Assembly (NCBI GenBank): GCA_027364845.1
Contig: DAHXOO010000005.1
Location: forward strand, 35,198-99,197
Source: Pseudomonadota bacterium
GTDB lineage: Bacteria; Pseudomonadota; Gammaproteobacteria; Acidiferrobacterales; UBA6901
Length of the DNA stretch: 64,000 nt
Direction: 5' to 3'
Position 1 is the first letter of the stretch. Each line of letters opens with the position of its first letter. Below are positions 17,576 through 28,937 of the stretch, one piece after another. The position numbers and the translations under genes are program-made. The notes under the pieces are model-generated. The model had not been told where the DNA came from, made no database searches, and saw only the letters and a list, made by a program, of their open reading frames with translations.

Positions 17576-20032
17576 TCACGGTGCTGTGCGTGATGAAGCC
17601 TCCGTCGATGCGGGTGCCTCGTCACCCCGGCCATGGTTCCACACCCCCTTGCCGACGGCCGCCGTCACCGCGTCGCTTACGTGTTCGATCCAGACGAACT
17701 TCATCTTCTGACGCGTACTCTCCGGAATGTCCTCAAGGTCTTTGCGGTTGCGCGATGGTAGCAGCACCGTTGAGATGCCGGCACGTGCTGCCGCAACCAC
17801 CTTCTCCTTGATTCCGCCTACCGGAAGTACCAGGCCGCGCAGGCTGATTTCCCCGGTCATAGCGATATCGCTGCGCACTGTCCTTGCGGCAAAAAGGGAA
17901 ACCAAGGCAATGAACATCGCCACTCCGGCGCTGGGTCCGTCCTTGGGGATTGCGCCGGCGGGAACATGGATGTGAACATCGCTTTTCTCGAACAGCTCGG
18001 CTGCAAGTCCAAGCTGGGAAGCGCGCGCCTTAACGAGACTGAGCGCGGCCTGGGCACTCTCCTTCATGACATCGCCGAGCTGACCAGTAAGGATAAGGCG
18101 ACCTGTACCCGGAGCCCGGCTCGCCTCCACGAAAAGAATATCACCGCCGACCGGTGTCCATGCAAGGCCCGTGGCAACCCCCGGTAGGCTGGTTCGCATG
18201 GCGACCTCGCTTTCGAACCGTGGGGCACCGAGAATCTCCTGCAGATCGTCCGCATCCACGCGTACTTCGGATTGCGTGCCTTCGGCGACCCGCATGGCCA
18301 CGCGTCGGAAGACGCGCCCGATTTCCCGCTCCAAACTGCGTACCCCCGCTTCGCGGGTGTAATCGCGGACAATGGCAAGCAATGCCGCGTCAGAGATCTC
18401 GCACTGTTCGGGCTTCAGGCCGTTGGCCTCGAGTTGGCGACGCACCAGATAACGGCGGGCGATCTGTGTCTTCTCCTCTTCGGTGTAGCCCGACAGCTCG
18501 ATAACCTCCATACGATCACGCAGCGGACCGGGAACCGTGTCGAGTACGTTGGCGGTACCAATGAATACCACCTTGCTGAGATCGAATGGCACGGACAAGT
18601 AATTGTCGCGGAACGTCGCGTTCTGCTCAGGATCTAGCACCTCCAACAATGCCGCAGAGGGGTCGCCTTGGAAGCCGGCGCCGAGTTTGTCCATCTCATC
18701 GAGCATGAACACGGGATTGCGCGTTCCTGCCTTACGGATACCCTGGATGATATTGCCCGGCAGGGCACCAAGATAGGTTCGCCGGTGACCGCGGATCTCA
18801 GCCTCGTCATGCACGCCGCCCAGACTCACCCGCACGAACTTCAGGCCAAGCGCGCGCGCAATACTCTGGCCGAGTGACGTTTTTCCTACGCCGGGTGGGC
18901 CGACAAAGCACAGGATCGGGCTGCGGCCCTGCGGATTCAGTTTGCGGACCGCGAGAAATTCGAGGATGCGCCTCTTTATCTTTTCCAGTCCATAGTGGTC
19001 CTCGTCGAGAATGCGGCGCGCCTCGGCGATATCGATTGCCTCATCGCTTGTGGCGGACCATGGCAAGGCGGTGAGCCAGTCGAGATACGCCCTGATCATT
19101 GAGTGTTCACCGGCGCCCTCGGGCATGCGTTCAAGGCGTGCGAGCTCGCGCCGCGCCTGTTCCTCAACTTCCAGTGGCATCCTGGCATCGGCGATCGCCT
19201 TGGTCAGCTCTTCGATTTCCAGGGCCTTGGCGTCGGTTTCGCCAAGTTCCATTTGGATTGTCTTGAGCTGTTCGCGCAGCATGAATTCGCGTTGCCGTGC
19301 GTCAACCGACTCCTTGGTCTGCTTGCCGATCTCGGCAGCTAAGCGCAATACCTCCAGACGATGAGCGAGAAAACCCAGGACCTTGTCAAGCCGCGTCTGT
19401 ACGTCGAGTGTTTCCAGAACTTCCTGTTTTTCAGCCGGTTTGAGCTCCAGGAATCCCGCAATGAGATCTGCGAGTGCTGCTGGCGCGGCGGTACTCTCGA
19501 TTGCCGCAGCCAGTTCCGGCGGCGCATGCGGCATGAACTCGAGTGCTGCGGCAGCCTGCTGCTTGAGCTGGTGCGCGCGTGCCTCGATTTCGCTTGTTGC
19601 AGTTTCCACTTCTTCCATGGGTGCCACGCGCGCCACGAGAAATGGGTAACCTTCCAGGAACTCCAGGATTCCAAACCTTTGCTGCCCTTGGGCGATGATA
19701 TGGTGGGATCCGTCAGGAGCCGTTATGTAACGTACGATGGTGGCGATTGTGCCGATCCGGTATAGGTCTGCCTCCGTCGGAACTTCAGCATCAACGTTGC
19801 GCTGCTGCAGAATACCGATGGGGCGCTCGCTGCGCGCGGCCTCCTGGGCAGCTGCGACCGACATCGGGCGCCCGATGCTGATCGGATGAATCATGCGCGG
19901 AAATAAAACCATATTCCGCACCGGCAGGATAATCAGCGCATCCTGCGGGACCGGACGCGGCTCAGCGTTTGCTGTTTCTGCCGCCTCCGGCGCGGTATTC
20001 TCCTGTTGCGTCTTATCCTCTTGGTTTTCCAT
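17576..20032 (-). CDS. lon: ATP-dependent endopeptidase La (Lon)
   Basis: 818 aa. LON N-domain, Walker A GPPGVGKTS, catalytic Ser context PKDGPSAG. Confidence 0.95.
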   Translation of the reverse strand: MENQEDKTQQENTAPEAAETANAEPRPVPQDALIILPVRNMVLFPRMIHPISIGRPMSVAAAQEAARSERPIGILQQRNVDAEVPTEADLYRIGTIATIVRYITAPDGSHHIIAQGQQRFGILEFLEGYPFLVARVAPMEEVETATSEIEARAHQLKQQAAAALEFMPHAPPELAAAIESTAAPAALADLIAGFLELKPAEKQEVLETLDVQTRLDKVLGFLAHRLEVLRLAAEIGKQTKESVDARQREFMLREQLKTIQMELGETDAKALEIEELTKAIADARMPLEVEEQARRELARLERMPEGAGEHSMIRAYLDWLTALPWSATSDEAIDIAEARRILDEDHYGLEKIKRRILEFLAVRKLNPQGRSPILCFVGPPGVGKTSLGQSIARALGLKFVRVSLGGVHDEAEIRGHRRTYLGALPGNIIQGIRKAGTRNPVFMLDEMDKLGAGFQGDPSAALLEVLDPEQNATFRDNYLSVPFDLSKVVFIGTANVLDTVPGPLRDRMEVIELSGYTEEEKTQIARRYLVRRQLEANGLKPEQCEISDAALLAIVRDYTREAGVRSLEREIGRVFRRVAMRVAEGTQSEVRVDADDLQEILGAPRFESEVAMRTSLPGVATGLAWTPVGGDILFVEASRAPGTGRLILTGQLGDVMKESAQAALSLVKARASQLGLAAELFEKSDVHIHVPAGAIPKDGPSAGVAMFIALVSLFAARTVRSDIAMTGEISLRGLVLPVGGIKEKVVAAARAGISTVLLPSRNRKDLEDIPESTRQKMKFVWIEHVSDAVTAAVGKGVWNHGRGDEAPASTEASSRTAP

Positions 20033-20051
20033 GTATATTCACCTGACCGCG

Positions 20052-20456
20052 TTACAGCTTGCGAAGACTCAGTATCAGAACACCGTTGACCAGTTCTCTA
20101 TGGTCGAATTCATAGTGTCCGGGAGGCAGATCAATGCGCCTCTCATATCGTCCATAGGGGATCTCCAGGCGGCGAATGGCTGCTGCCCGCAGCTCGGGCG
20201 GAAACGTGCGTTCGCCGGAGACCCACAGCACACCGGCCTCCATGCCAACGTGGACCTGCGCTGAAACCATCCCCGGCAATGCGATCAATATCCACAGATG
20301 ACGGGGTGTTTCGAAGATGTCCACCGGCGGCTCCCAGATTGGGCGCTGCCCGGTGCCTTGACCGAGACGAAAGAACTGCCGTTGCATGCGTTCGGCTCGT
20401 TCCAACAATTCCAGAGCCTCGTCCCACATCCAGGTTTTCGGGTCATGTATTGACAT
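20052..20456 (-). CDS. Hsp20/alpha-crystallin family small heat-shock protein
   Basis: Alpha-crystallin core WEPPVDIFETPRHLWILIALPG...LEIPYGRYERRIDLP. ATG 20456 has an AAGGA SD. Only 19 nt upstream of lon. Confidence 0.85.
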   Translation of the reverse strand: MSIHDPKTWMWDEALELLERAERMQRQFFRLGQGTGQRPIWEPPVDIFETPRHLWILIALPGMVSAQVHVGMEAGVLWVSGERTFPPELRAAAIRRLEIPYGRYERRIDLPPGHYEFDHRELVNGVLILSLRKL

Positions 20457-21434
20457 GCGGTCCTTTTGGACTTTATGCAAGAGAGCTTTGAAGGTAACGC
20501 GCTTTCCTTGTTGTACCCATCATTCCGGGCGCTGCCACTGCGGCGCAATGAAAGCCCTGGTCGCATAGGTGCGCCGTTAACCTCCGGCAATGCTGGTAAA
20601 TACCCGCCACCCAAACTGGTTGTGCCCAACCGTACTGCGCGCCAGGATCAGCCCCCGGGCCATTCCGTGCCTTCCCTATGCATGCGGACACATTACCCGG
20701 TTTGCAAGATGTCCGGGTCAAACTCATTGTCGAATAGTCTGCTTCTAAGTGCGTAGGCGCAATGGCGGGCTACGTAACTGCCACTGGCGACCACGAATTC
20801 GGTGCCATCTGGGGCTGGTGCCACAAGGCGGGACTTCAGGCTCGTCCTCACCGCCGGGCTCTCAGTGGTCTTGGAGGATATGTACCTTGAGCTCCAGCAT
20901 GTCCCGCCAGGGGGTGGTTTTTGAGGCACTACGGTTGCATCCAGCCGCGGTCTATGACGATCGTGTCCGTGAGTACCGGGGCGTAAAGACGACAGCACCT
21001 TACATCCGGGCCGCGACAGTGTCGGAGTTGATGCGTCGAGGGCGGTTGTGCTAACGCTGTGACGACTCGATCGCGTCAGGAGCAGTTCCGTATTCTGCCT
21101 CGCGCGATGGGCTGGTTAAGGGGCCAAAGGCCGAGTCAGCCGTGCAGGCGCAACAGCAAATTGCCGGTGCCGTGACAGGCATTGTAACAGCGTGGGCAAC
21201 CCAGGCACCTGCCGAAACAGTTTCGCGCAAAGGCGACGCGCGGCATTGTGGGAATCTCTGCCCCAAGGCGAAAACGAGGTCAGAGTTCAAGTCTATTCCG
21301 CGGAGTCGGCAGGGTGGTCGCTGCGTCGCAGAGGACCACCCGCGGGTAGCCCCAGAGATCGTGCTCGCTGTCCCGCGTCCTGCCGGGCGTGATGAGGAGG
21401 CAGACTGTTGCGTGCGCCAGTGGCCTGGACGGCG

Positions 21435-24263
21435 TCACCCGGTATTACGCATTCCGGCGGCGATCGCATTGATCGAGCGCAACAGCGGATCACGCCACGC
21501 GGACGGGCGACTCTCGTCGCCGGGAGCCGCACGGTAGCGTTTGAGCAAGGCTGTCTGTATGTGATTGAGCGGATCCAGATACGGGTTTCGGCGTGCAAGC
21601 GAAAGCGCAAGAACCGGATTGTCCTCGATGAGAAACTTGGCGTTGGCAATGTGCAGCACCTGGGTTACGGTGCGGTGGAATTCGTCCTTGATCATCCGAT
21701 AGACGCGCTGGCGAGTATCTGGATCGGTGCACAGCTCGGCGTACTCGCGCGCAATATCCATGTCGCTCTTGAACAGCGCCATCTGAGTATTACTCAGCAG
21801 CGATCGGAAGAACGGCCATTCCAGATACATGGTCTGCAGTTTCGCCAATCGCGCCGGATCGTTGGCGCGCCACGATTCGAGCGCGCTGCCAAGTCCGTAC
21901 CATGCGGGCAGGGTATGGCGCGATTGGGCCCAGCCGAATACCCAGGGAATGGCGCGTACCGACGCCTTCGACCGGTCGATCTTGTTCCTATGGCTGGGTC
22001 GCGATCCGATATTCAGCAGCCCGATCTCGTTGACGGGCGTTGCCTCGTAGAAATAGTCCATGAATCCCGCGGTGTGGTCGGTCAGCGCCCGGTAACTTGC
22101 CTCACCGGCGCGCGTGAGCTCGTTCATGACCGCGAGATGATCTCTCCGGTCTTGCACCGCCGGACGTACAAGAGAAATACTTGCCTTCATGAGGCCCGTG
22201 GCACCCATCGTAAGCTCGTAGGCTGCGGTCTCAGAATTGCTGTACTTGTAGTACAGTACCTCCCCCTGTTCGGTGAACTTGATCTGGCCGTTGACGGTCC
22301 CCGGGGGCTGGGCCAGGATCGATTCATGCGTGGGTCCGCCGCCACGGCCGATGGTGCCGCCGCGGCCGTGAAACAGGCGGCAGTTGACTCCGAAGTGCTC
22401 GGCGATGGTGATAATCTTCTTCTGTGCCTCGTACAGGTTCCACGATGAAGACAGGGTGCCACCGTCTTTGGCGGAGTCGGAGTAGCCGAGCATGACCTCC
22501 TGCACATTTCCCGAAGCTTTCAGCAGGGAGCAATAGGTGGGAATGCTGAGCAGCGTGTGCAGGACGTCCTCGATGCGGGCAAGGTCGTCGATTGTTTCAA
22601 ACAACGGGCTCACTCTTATCTCGCAGCGCCAGCCTTCCGCGCCGAGGGCGGCCAGCCCGGCCAGACGCGCCAGCAGCATTACCTCCAGAATGTGGCTGGC
22701 CGCGTGGGTCATGGATATCACATAGTTGCCGAACACCTGGCGGCCCACGCCGTTCTGTAGACGCGCCATTAGTTCGAAGGTTTCCAGGGTCTCGCGCGCG
22801 GCCGGGCTCAGACGATGGAAATCAACCGCCACGGGCGCAGGTGCCGAGATCAGGTCGGACAGAAGCTGCAATCGTGCCGGCTCGTCGAGGGACGCATAGG
22901 CTTTTTGGCCCGGAAACTGGGCCAAAATTTCGCCCAGAGTTTCGGAGTGGCGCGACGCCTCCTGCCTTATGTCGAGCTGCACAAGATGAAAGCCGAAGGT
23001 TTCCGCGAGGCGTATCAAATCCCTGAGTTCGCCATCGGCAATTTCCTGATCGCGGTGGCTGATGAGCGAATCGCGGATCAGATACAGATCGGCGAGAAAC
23101 TGTTCGTCTCCGCCATAAGCTGCTGACACGTCGTCGCCCGGCTCGTTATGCAGTCGCTGACGTATCACACGCAACGTGTGTTCGATCCGGTAACGCATGA
23201 AGTAGAGCTTGCGGCGGTAGGGCTCGGAAAAGAACTGCTCCGGCTTGGTGTCAAACGCGTCATGGCCGAAGCGCTCGTCGCGCGCCAGGCTCTTCATCAG
23301 GTCATCCGACGGACGGGTGAGTAGTATTGAATAGGTAAGTATATTGCTGAGTGCGGTCAGCCGACGTATGTATTCCTGCAGGATTTCCTCAACGTGGAGG
23401 CCGACGGCGAGCAAGGTAGTCTCCGGCTTTACGTTGGGATTGCCGTCGCGGTCTCCACCGATCCAAGAGCCAAACCGCAGGAAGCTGGGGACCCGGACAA
23501 GCGGCTGGCCGGCGGCGTCACAGCCATAGATCCTTCGAACGGCTCCTTCGACCAGCCGATAGGTGGTGGGAACTGCCTGAAAAAGGCTTTCGCGAAAATA
23601 ATAAAGACCATTGCGGATTTCATCTCGCACCGCGGGGCGCAGCGTCCGCACCTCGTCGGTCTTCCAGAGGATCTGGATCTGGGCCCTCAGCTGCTCGATG
23701 GTGCCCTGAATTTCTTCCTTGCCCAGTCGTGGATCATTGAGATGCTCGGATGCCACGAAAATCCGTCTTAATGCCTGCATGATGGTCCGACGCTTGGCTT
23801 CCGTGGGGTGGGCGGTGAAAACGGGAATGAACATCAGGCGGTCGAACAGGGACTGCAGTTCGTCCGCACCTATGCCTTGTGTGTGGAACCAACGCAGGGT
23901 CTCGTCGAACGACCCGGTCCACAATGGACCGCCTGAGCGCATCATGCGCCGACGCTGACGATGCTGAAACGCTTCCTCCGCGATGTTGACCAGGCTGAAA
24001 TAGGTGTTGAACGCACGCAGTACGTGGGTCAGGGTTTCCGGGTCGAGACGGTCGATAAGACGCATCAGCCGCTGCCGCGTACGCGGACTCTCCCGCCGAT
24101 GCAGGCTGATGAAGCCCTTGCGCAGCGTTTCAACCGACTTCAATACCTGACCACCTGCCTGACTGTGCAGGACATGGCCAAGGAGCTCGCCAAACAGCTT
24201 GACGCGGCTGCGGAGTTCCTTGTCTCCGGGGATGGATTCTGGGATCGTGATTTGTCGGCTCAT
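21435..24263 (-). CDS. ppc: phosphoenolpyruvate carboxylase
   Basis: VMLGYSDSAKDGG, FHGRGGTIGRGGGP and C-terminal ...GMRNTG. Start at ATG 24263 (MSRQITIP...). Confidence 0.95.
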   Translation of the reverse strand: MSRQITIPESIPGDKELRSRVKLFGELLGHVLHSQAGGQVLKSVETLRKGFISLHRRESPRTRQRLMRLIDRLDPETLTHVLRAFNTYFSLVNIAEEAFQHRQRRRMMRSGGPLWTGSFDETLRWFHTQGIGADELQSLFDRLMFIPVFTAHPTEAKRRTIMQALRRIFVASEHLNDPRLGKEEIQGTIEQLRAQIQILWKTDEVRTLRPAVRDEIRNGLYYFRESLFQAVPTTYRLVEGAVRRIYGCDAAGQPLVRVPSFLRFGSWIGGDRDGNPNVKPETTLLAVGLHVEEILQEYIRRLTALSNILTYSILLTRPSDDLMKSLARDERFGHDAFDTKPEQFFSEPYRRKLYFMRYRIEHTLRVIRQRLHNEPGDDVSAAYGGDEQFLADLYLIRDSLISHRDQEIADGELRDLIRLAETFGFHLVQLDIRQEASRHSETLGEILAQFPGQKAYASLDEPARLQLLSDLISAPAPVAVDFHRLSPAARETLETFELMARLQNGVGRQVFGNYVISMTHAASHILEVMLLARLAGLAALGAEGWRCEIRVSPLFETIDDLARIEDVLHTLLSIPTYCSLLKASGNVQEVMLGYSDSAKDGGTLSSSWNLYEAQKKIITIAEHFGVNCRLFHGRGGTIGRGGGPTHESILAQPPGTVNGQIKFTEQGEVLYYKYSNSETAAYELTMGATGLMKASISLVRPAVQDRRDHLAVMNELTRAGEASYRALTDHTAGFMDYFYEATPVNEIGLLNIGSRPSHRNKIDRSKASVRAIPWVFGWAQSRHTLPAWYGLGSALESWRANDPARLAKLQTMYLEWPFFRSLLSNTQMALFKSDMDIAREYAELCTDPDTRQRVYRMIKDEFHRTVTQVLHIANAKFLIEDNPVLALSLARRNPYLDPLNHIQTALLKRYRAAPGDESRPSAWRDPLLRSINAIAAGMRNTG

Positions 24264-24609
24264 AAAGCTGCAAACACCCACCGCTAGTACGCGCCTTGCG
24301 CCTAGATCGGCCGGGATGATCGGCAATGACGGGGCGCTATCATGCCCGAAGCCGGCTTCAATATAAAGGTGCATGCCTCGGATTGTTCCCGCATAAGATT
24401 CCGGACCGCACATCTGGCGAGATCCTGGACGGTATCTGTGGCTGGATTCGGCGCGCGCTGTCCGAGGCGCATATGACAGGGTTCCGGATTCCGTGGTAGG
24501 CTCAAATTAAAAATAGAGAGTTAGGCAGGCATCTCCGATCCGCGAACTGCTCTGTCCGGCGTACTCCGGGTGGCTGTCGCGTTTCCACGAACTCTTTGGA
24601 GCGAAGTCA

Positions 24610-25008
24610 ATGCATGAGCTGAACCATGAACAGAGAGCAGAGCTCACGCGGGCGGTGATTTCCATCCTGGATCACTGGGGACTGTCAGCTGCCGAACAGG
24701 TGGCGATTCTTGCGCTTCCACCGGGTACCCGACCGGGAGTAATAAGGCAGTATCGGCAGAATATGGCGCTGCCTGACGACGCCCAGGTCGCTGAGCGCGT
24801 CGAGCATCTGGCTGGAATCGCGGACGCGCTTCGTACCAGCTATCCGCTCAATGGCGCAATGGATGCGATGTGGATGAACACCGCAAATCGTCGATTCGAC
24901 GATCGCACACCACTCGAAGTCATGATCAATGACGGTCTGAGCGGAGTCATTGAGGTGCGAGCGCATCTCGACTGCACCTTCGACTGGAGTCGGCCGGCCT
25001 TAAGCTGA
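24610..25008 (+). CDS. MbcA/ParS/Xre-type antitoxin-like protein (DUF2384 toxin-binding domain)
   Basis: 132 aa. The C-terminal half ...WMNTANRRFDDRTPLEVMINDGLSGVIEVRAHLD is typical of DUF2384. GGAG SD upstream. Confidence 0.65.
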   Translation: MHELNHEQRAELTRAVISILDHWGLSAAEQVAILALPPGTRPGVIRQYRQNMALPDDAQVAERVEHLAGIADALRTSYPLNGAMDAMWMNTANRRFDDRTPLEVMINDGLSGVIEVRAHLDCTFDWSRPALS

Positions 25009-25100
25009 TTGCGCCAACGGCAAACTGGCTGGCCGTCAGCCTGACTTGCCGGATGGATCCCGACACCAGGGGGTGCGGGCCGCCTGCCCCAGTGCGAGGT

Positions 25101-28100
25101 TCAGAGCAGAACCTGTTCCAATCCGCCACTGCGCACGCGTTCGACGAAATGTTGCTGCCAGTCTGTCCCCAACCTGTGGTTCGCCAGTTCGACAACGATG
25201 TAGTCCGTGTCGAGACCCGTTTCGTCCTGGTATCGTGATAGACCCTGGACGCAGGCTGGGCACGAGGTCAGTATTTTCATGCCGGCGCCGGGTGCTTCAT
25301 GCTTCCCGGGAGGCTGCTCGGTTGCGCGATGCAGTTCCTCAAGTTTACGGAATCTGACTTGGTCCGCGATGTCGGGGCGCGCGATGGCGAAGGTTCCGGC
25401 TTCGCCGCAGCAGCGGTCGGACAGAAGCACTTCCTGTCCCATCAGTTTCGAGGCGACGTTCACAGGGTTGTAGGTCTTCATCGGCGTATGGCAAGGGTCG
25501 TGGTACAGGTAGCGCATTCCGCTGACGCCCATCAGGTTTACGCCCTTCTCCATCAGGTACTCATGTATATCCAAAAGACGGCATCCGGGAAAAATCGCAT
25601 CAAACTCGTACTTGAGCAGCTGATCCATGCAGGTGCCGCAAGAAACGATTACGGTCTTGATGTCGAGGTAGTTCAGGGTGTTGGCGACGCGGTGGAACAG
25701 CACGCGATTGTCGGTGGTTATCTTCGACCCCTTGCGTTCGTCGCCGGCGGAGAGTTGCGGATAGCCACAGCACAGATAGCCGGGCGGCAGGACAGTTTGA
25801 GCGCCTACTTCATAGAGCATCGCCAGCGTGGCTAGCCCGATCTGGCTGAACAGCCGTTCTGATCCGCATCCGGGAAAATAGAACACTGCATCCGAGTCTT
25901 CGTTGATGCGAGCAGGGTCGCGCAATATCGGTATGGTCTTGCTGTCTTCGATTCCCAGCAGTGCGCGCGTGGTCATGGACGGGAGGCTGCCGGGCATCGG
26001 CCTGCGTACGAAGTTGATTATCTGTGTGGGGATCGGAGTGTGCCCGGTGGTTGCCTCGGGTGGTCTGCTGTTGTGCAGCACGCCGATACGCTTTACAAAA
26101 TGGTAGGCCATGCGCTGCGCACCATAACCCCACTCGATGAGCAGCTTGCGCAGCAGTCTGATCGTAGTCGGGTCGGTGGCGTTTAGGTACGCCATGGACA
26201 GCCAGGTCGCAGGATTCGGGCTGCGCTTGCCCTTGTCCTTGAGAATTCTGCGCATGCGAATTGACACGTCGCCGAAATCTATATTGACCGGGCAGGGGCT
26301 CAGGCATTTGTGGCAGATCGTGCAGTGGTCGGCGACGTCATTCATCGCTTCGAAATGCCGCAGGGAGATGCCGCGGCGGGTCTGCTCCTCGTAAAGGAAG
26401 GCCTCGATGATCAGACCGGTTGCCAGGATTTTATTGCGCGGAGAGTACAGCAGGTTCGCCCTGGGTACGTGGGTGCTGCACACCGGCTTGCATTTTCCGC
26501 AGCGAAGGCAGTGACGTATATCGTCGTTAAGAGCGCCAAGTTCGCTTTCCTCCAGTATGATCGCCTCCTGCTGGAGCAGGCGCAAGGATGGAGTATAGGC
26601 GCGCTCTAGCCCAGATCCCGCCAGCAACTTACCCCGGTTGAAGTTGCCGTCTGGGTCGATCTCGTGTTTGTATCGTGCAAACGCTTCGATCGAAGCGTTG
26701 TCGAGATACTGGATCTTGGTAATGCCTATGCCATGCTCCCCGGATATCACTCCTCCGAGCGTCAGCGCGAGAGCCATGACGCGCGCGACGATGCGATCGG
26801 CCTCCTGAAGCATTTCGTAGTCGTTGGAATGGACCGGGATATTGGTGTGGACGTTACCGTCACCGGCATGCATATGAGTCGCTACGAACAGCCGCCCGTT
26901 TCGCACCTGCAAATGGATCGCATCGAGCTGGCGGTGCACCGGCGAGAACTCAAGGCCTCCGAAAATCTGCTTCAAGGGGCGTTCGACTTCCGCGCGATAA
27001 GAGATCCGCTGGTCACGCCGCAGCAGCACCTGAGCCACGGTTTCGCCCGGCTGTGCCGACGTCGGAAGATCTGTGCCGAGAAGGTTTCCGACGGCTGCTA
27101 TCGTCCGGTCGAGCGCGCCGAGGATGGATGACCAGCGTGCATGCACCCGGTCCAGCAACTCCAGAGCAGCGGTCTTCTTGTCGCTGAGGATTGCAGTCGC
27201 CTCATGGCTTGTCTCGTAGTCGGCAGCCGGAGGCGGAACATCTGCAAGATTCTGCAAATAGGCGCGGACCGCTTCGATAATGCGCAGCTTGTTGGAGATG
27301 GACTGTTCGATGTTGATACGTTCGATGCCCGCGGCATAGTCAGCCAGGCGGTCGAGCGGTATCACCACGTCCTCGTTGATCTTGAAAGCGTTGGTGTGCT
27401 TGGCAATTGCCGCCGTGCGGGAACGGTCGAGCCAGAATCGACGTCTGGCCTCCGGGCTTACAGCGATGAACCCCTCCGCCCCGCGTGCATTGGCCATGCG
27501 CACTACGGCAGATGCGGCTGTAGCCACTGCCACCTCGTCGTCACCCGCTACATCGACGAGCAGCACCATCTTCGGGCGCCCACGACGCGCGGCCTTGGTG
27601 GCATAACCCACCGCGCTCAGGTAGCGCTCGTCCAGGTGTTCAAGACCGGAAAGTGACACGCGCGCGTACCCATCAAGGTAATTCTTGGTTTCAACGATGG
27701 CGGGAACAGCTTTGCCGAGGTCGTGGCCGAAGAACTCGAGGCATATAGTGCGCAGATAGGTCGGCATGCGGTGCAGGATAAACACCGCCGAAGTGATCAG
27801 GCCGTCACAACCTTCTTTCTGCACCCCGGGGAGGCCCGCGAGAAATTTGTCTGTTACGTCCTTCCCGAGCCCGATCTTGCGGAAGGAACTTCCCGGGACG
27901 GACAGCACACGCGGCGCCCCCAGCGGGGTGCGGCCATCCTGCTCGTAGCGTGTGATGCGGAACAGGACCTCCTCCTGCTCATGAATCTTTCCCAGGTTGT
28001 GATTCAGCCGCGTCACCTCCAGCCAGCGTGCATCCGGTGTTACCATGCGCCATGACACCAGATTGTCGAGCGTGGTACCCCAGAGCACCGCTTTTTTTCC

Positions 28101-28937
28101 TCCGGCATTCATCGCGACGTTGCCGCCGATCGTGGAGGCATCCTGAGATGTCGGATCGACCGCAAAGCTGTAGCCGCTCTCTTCCGCAAGCTTTGCGACA
28201 CTTAGGGTGATTACCCCAGCCTGCGCCCGGACCACAGGAGTGGGCGATGCAACCCCCTCGAGCTGGCGGATTTCGACAGGCCCAAGCTGGTCGAGCTTTT
28301 CGGTGTTGATTATCACCGATTCAGCGTGTAGGGGAACCGCCCCGCCGGTGTAGCCGGTACCTCCACCGCGCGGAATGACAGTTAACCCGAGCTCTATGCA
28401 GGCCCGGACGATGAGCACCGTTTCTTCCTCACTGTCCGGATATACGACCGCCAGCGGATATTCGACGCGCCAGTCAGTGGCATCCGTGACATGAGACACG
28501 CGCGCGAGTCCACTGAAATCCACATTGTCGCGACGAGTCAATCGCGCAAGGTGTTTGCGCAGGCGCCGGCGCCACTCACGTTGACGCGGAAACCAGTTCT
28601 CAAATTCGCGCACTGATTCGCGTGCGCGCTCCACCAGCGCGAGCGTCAACGGATTGCCGTCAGCGCGCCCACTGATCTGGTCCAGGCGGTGGTGCAGGGC
28701 GTGAACCAGCGACTCGCGCCGCTTCCGGTTCTCCAAAAGGTCATCCTGGATGTAGGGGTTGCGGTGGATGACCCACATGTCTCCTAGGACCTCGAAAAGC
28801 ATGCGTGCGGAGCGCCCAGTGCGGCGGCTGCCACGCAGCTCGTTGAGGGTTTCCCACATCGCATCCCCGAGGTATCGGATGACGATTTCCCGATCGGAAA
28901 AGGAAGTGTAGTTGTAGGGGATTTCGCGGATTCGCAT
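25101..28937 (-). CDS. DUF3683 + FAD-binding (GlcD-like) + Fe-S/CCG (GlcF-like) fused oxidoreductase
   Basis: About 1278 aa. N-terminus [20 protein letters not shown] domain [12 protein letters not shown], two ferredoxin-type Cys clusters ([23 protein letters not shown]), C-terminal CCG-type Cys repeats. Confidence 0.85.
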   Translation of the reverse strand: MRIREIPYNYTSFSDREIVIRYLGDAMWETLNELRGSRRTGRSARMLFEVLGDMWVIHRNPYIQDDLLENRKRRESLVHALHHRLDQISGRADGNPLTLALVERARESVREFENWFPRQREWRRRLRKHLARLTRRDNVDFSGLARVSHVTDATDWRVEYPLAVVYPDSEEETVLIVRACIELGLTVIPRGGGTGYTGGAVPLHAESVIINTEKLDQLGPVEIRQLEGVASPTPVVRAQAGVITLSVAKLAEESGYSFAVDPTSQDASTIGGNVAMNAGGKKAVLWGTTLDNLVSWRMVTPDARWLEVTRLNHNLGKIHEQEEVLFRITRYEQDGRTPLGAPRVLSVPGSSFRKIGLGKDVTDKFLAGLPGVQKEGCDGLITSAVFILHRMPTYLRTICLEFFGHDLGKAVPAIVETKNYLDGYARVSLSGLEHLDERYLSAVGYATKAARRGRPKMVLLVDVAGDDEVAVATAASAVVRMANARGAEGFIAVSPEARRRFWLDRSRTAAIAKHTNAFKINEDVVIPLDRLADYAAGIERINIEQSISNKLRIIEAVRAYLQNLADVPPPAADYETSHEATAILSDKKTAALELLDRVHARWSSILGALDRTIAAVGNLLGTDLPTSAQPGETVAQVLLRRDQRISYRAEVERPLKQIFGGLEFSPVHRQLDAIHLQVRNGRLFVATHMHAGDGNVHTNIPVHSNDYEMLQEADRIVARVMALALTLGGVISGEHGIGITKIQYLDNASIEAFARYKHEIDPDGNFNRGKLLAGSGLERAYTPSLRLLQQEAIILEESELGALNDDIRHCLRCGKCKPVCSTHVPRANLLYSPRNKILATGLIIEAFLYEEQTRRGISLRHFEAMNDVADHCTICHKCLSPCPVNIDFGDVSIRMRRILKDKGKRSPNPATWLSMAYLNATDPTTIRLLRKLLIEWGYGAQRMAYHFVKRIGVLHNSRPPEATTGHTPIPTQIINFVRRPMPGSLPSMTTRALLGIEDSKTIPILRDPARINEDSDAVFYFPGCGSERLFSQIGLATLAMLYEVGAQTVLPPGYLCCGYPQLSAGDERKGSKITTDNRVLFHRVANTLNYLDIKTVIVSCGTCMDQLLKYEFDAIFPGCRLLDIHEYLMEKGVNLMGVSGMRYLYHDPCHTPMKTYNPVNVASKLMGQEVLLSDRCCGEAGTFAIARPDIADQVRFRKLEELHRATEQPPGKHEAPGAGMKILTSCPACVQGLSRYQDETGLDTDYIVVELANHRLGTDWQQHFVERVRSGGLEQVLL

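Noticed and set aside
20457-20600. Search for a sigma-32 heat-shock promoter (CTTGAAA-N13-15-CCCCATNT) upstream of hsp20
   Set aside because: Only fragments were found (CTTCAAA, CCCAT on the opposite strand) with the wrong spacing or orientation.
21051-21290. 79-aa minus-strand ORF with a CCCAC motif (possible modified-peptide precursor)
   Set aside because: It has a TTG start without an SD, no adjacent maturation enzymes, and overlaps a plus-strand ORF of equal quality.
21408-22448. 346-aa plus-strand ORF
   Set aside because: It lies entirely antisense inside ppc, which has unmistakable PEPC motifs. This is a typical open shadow frame of GC-rich DNA.
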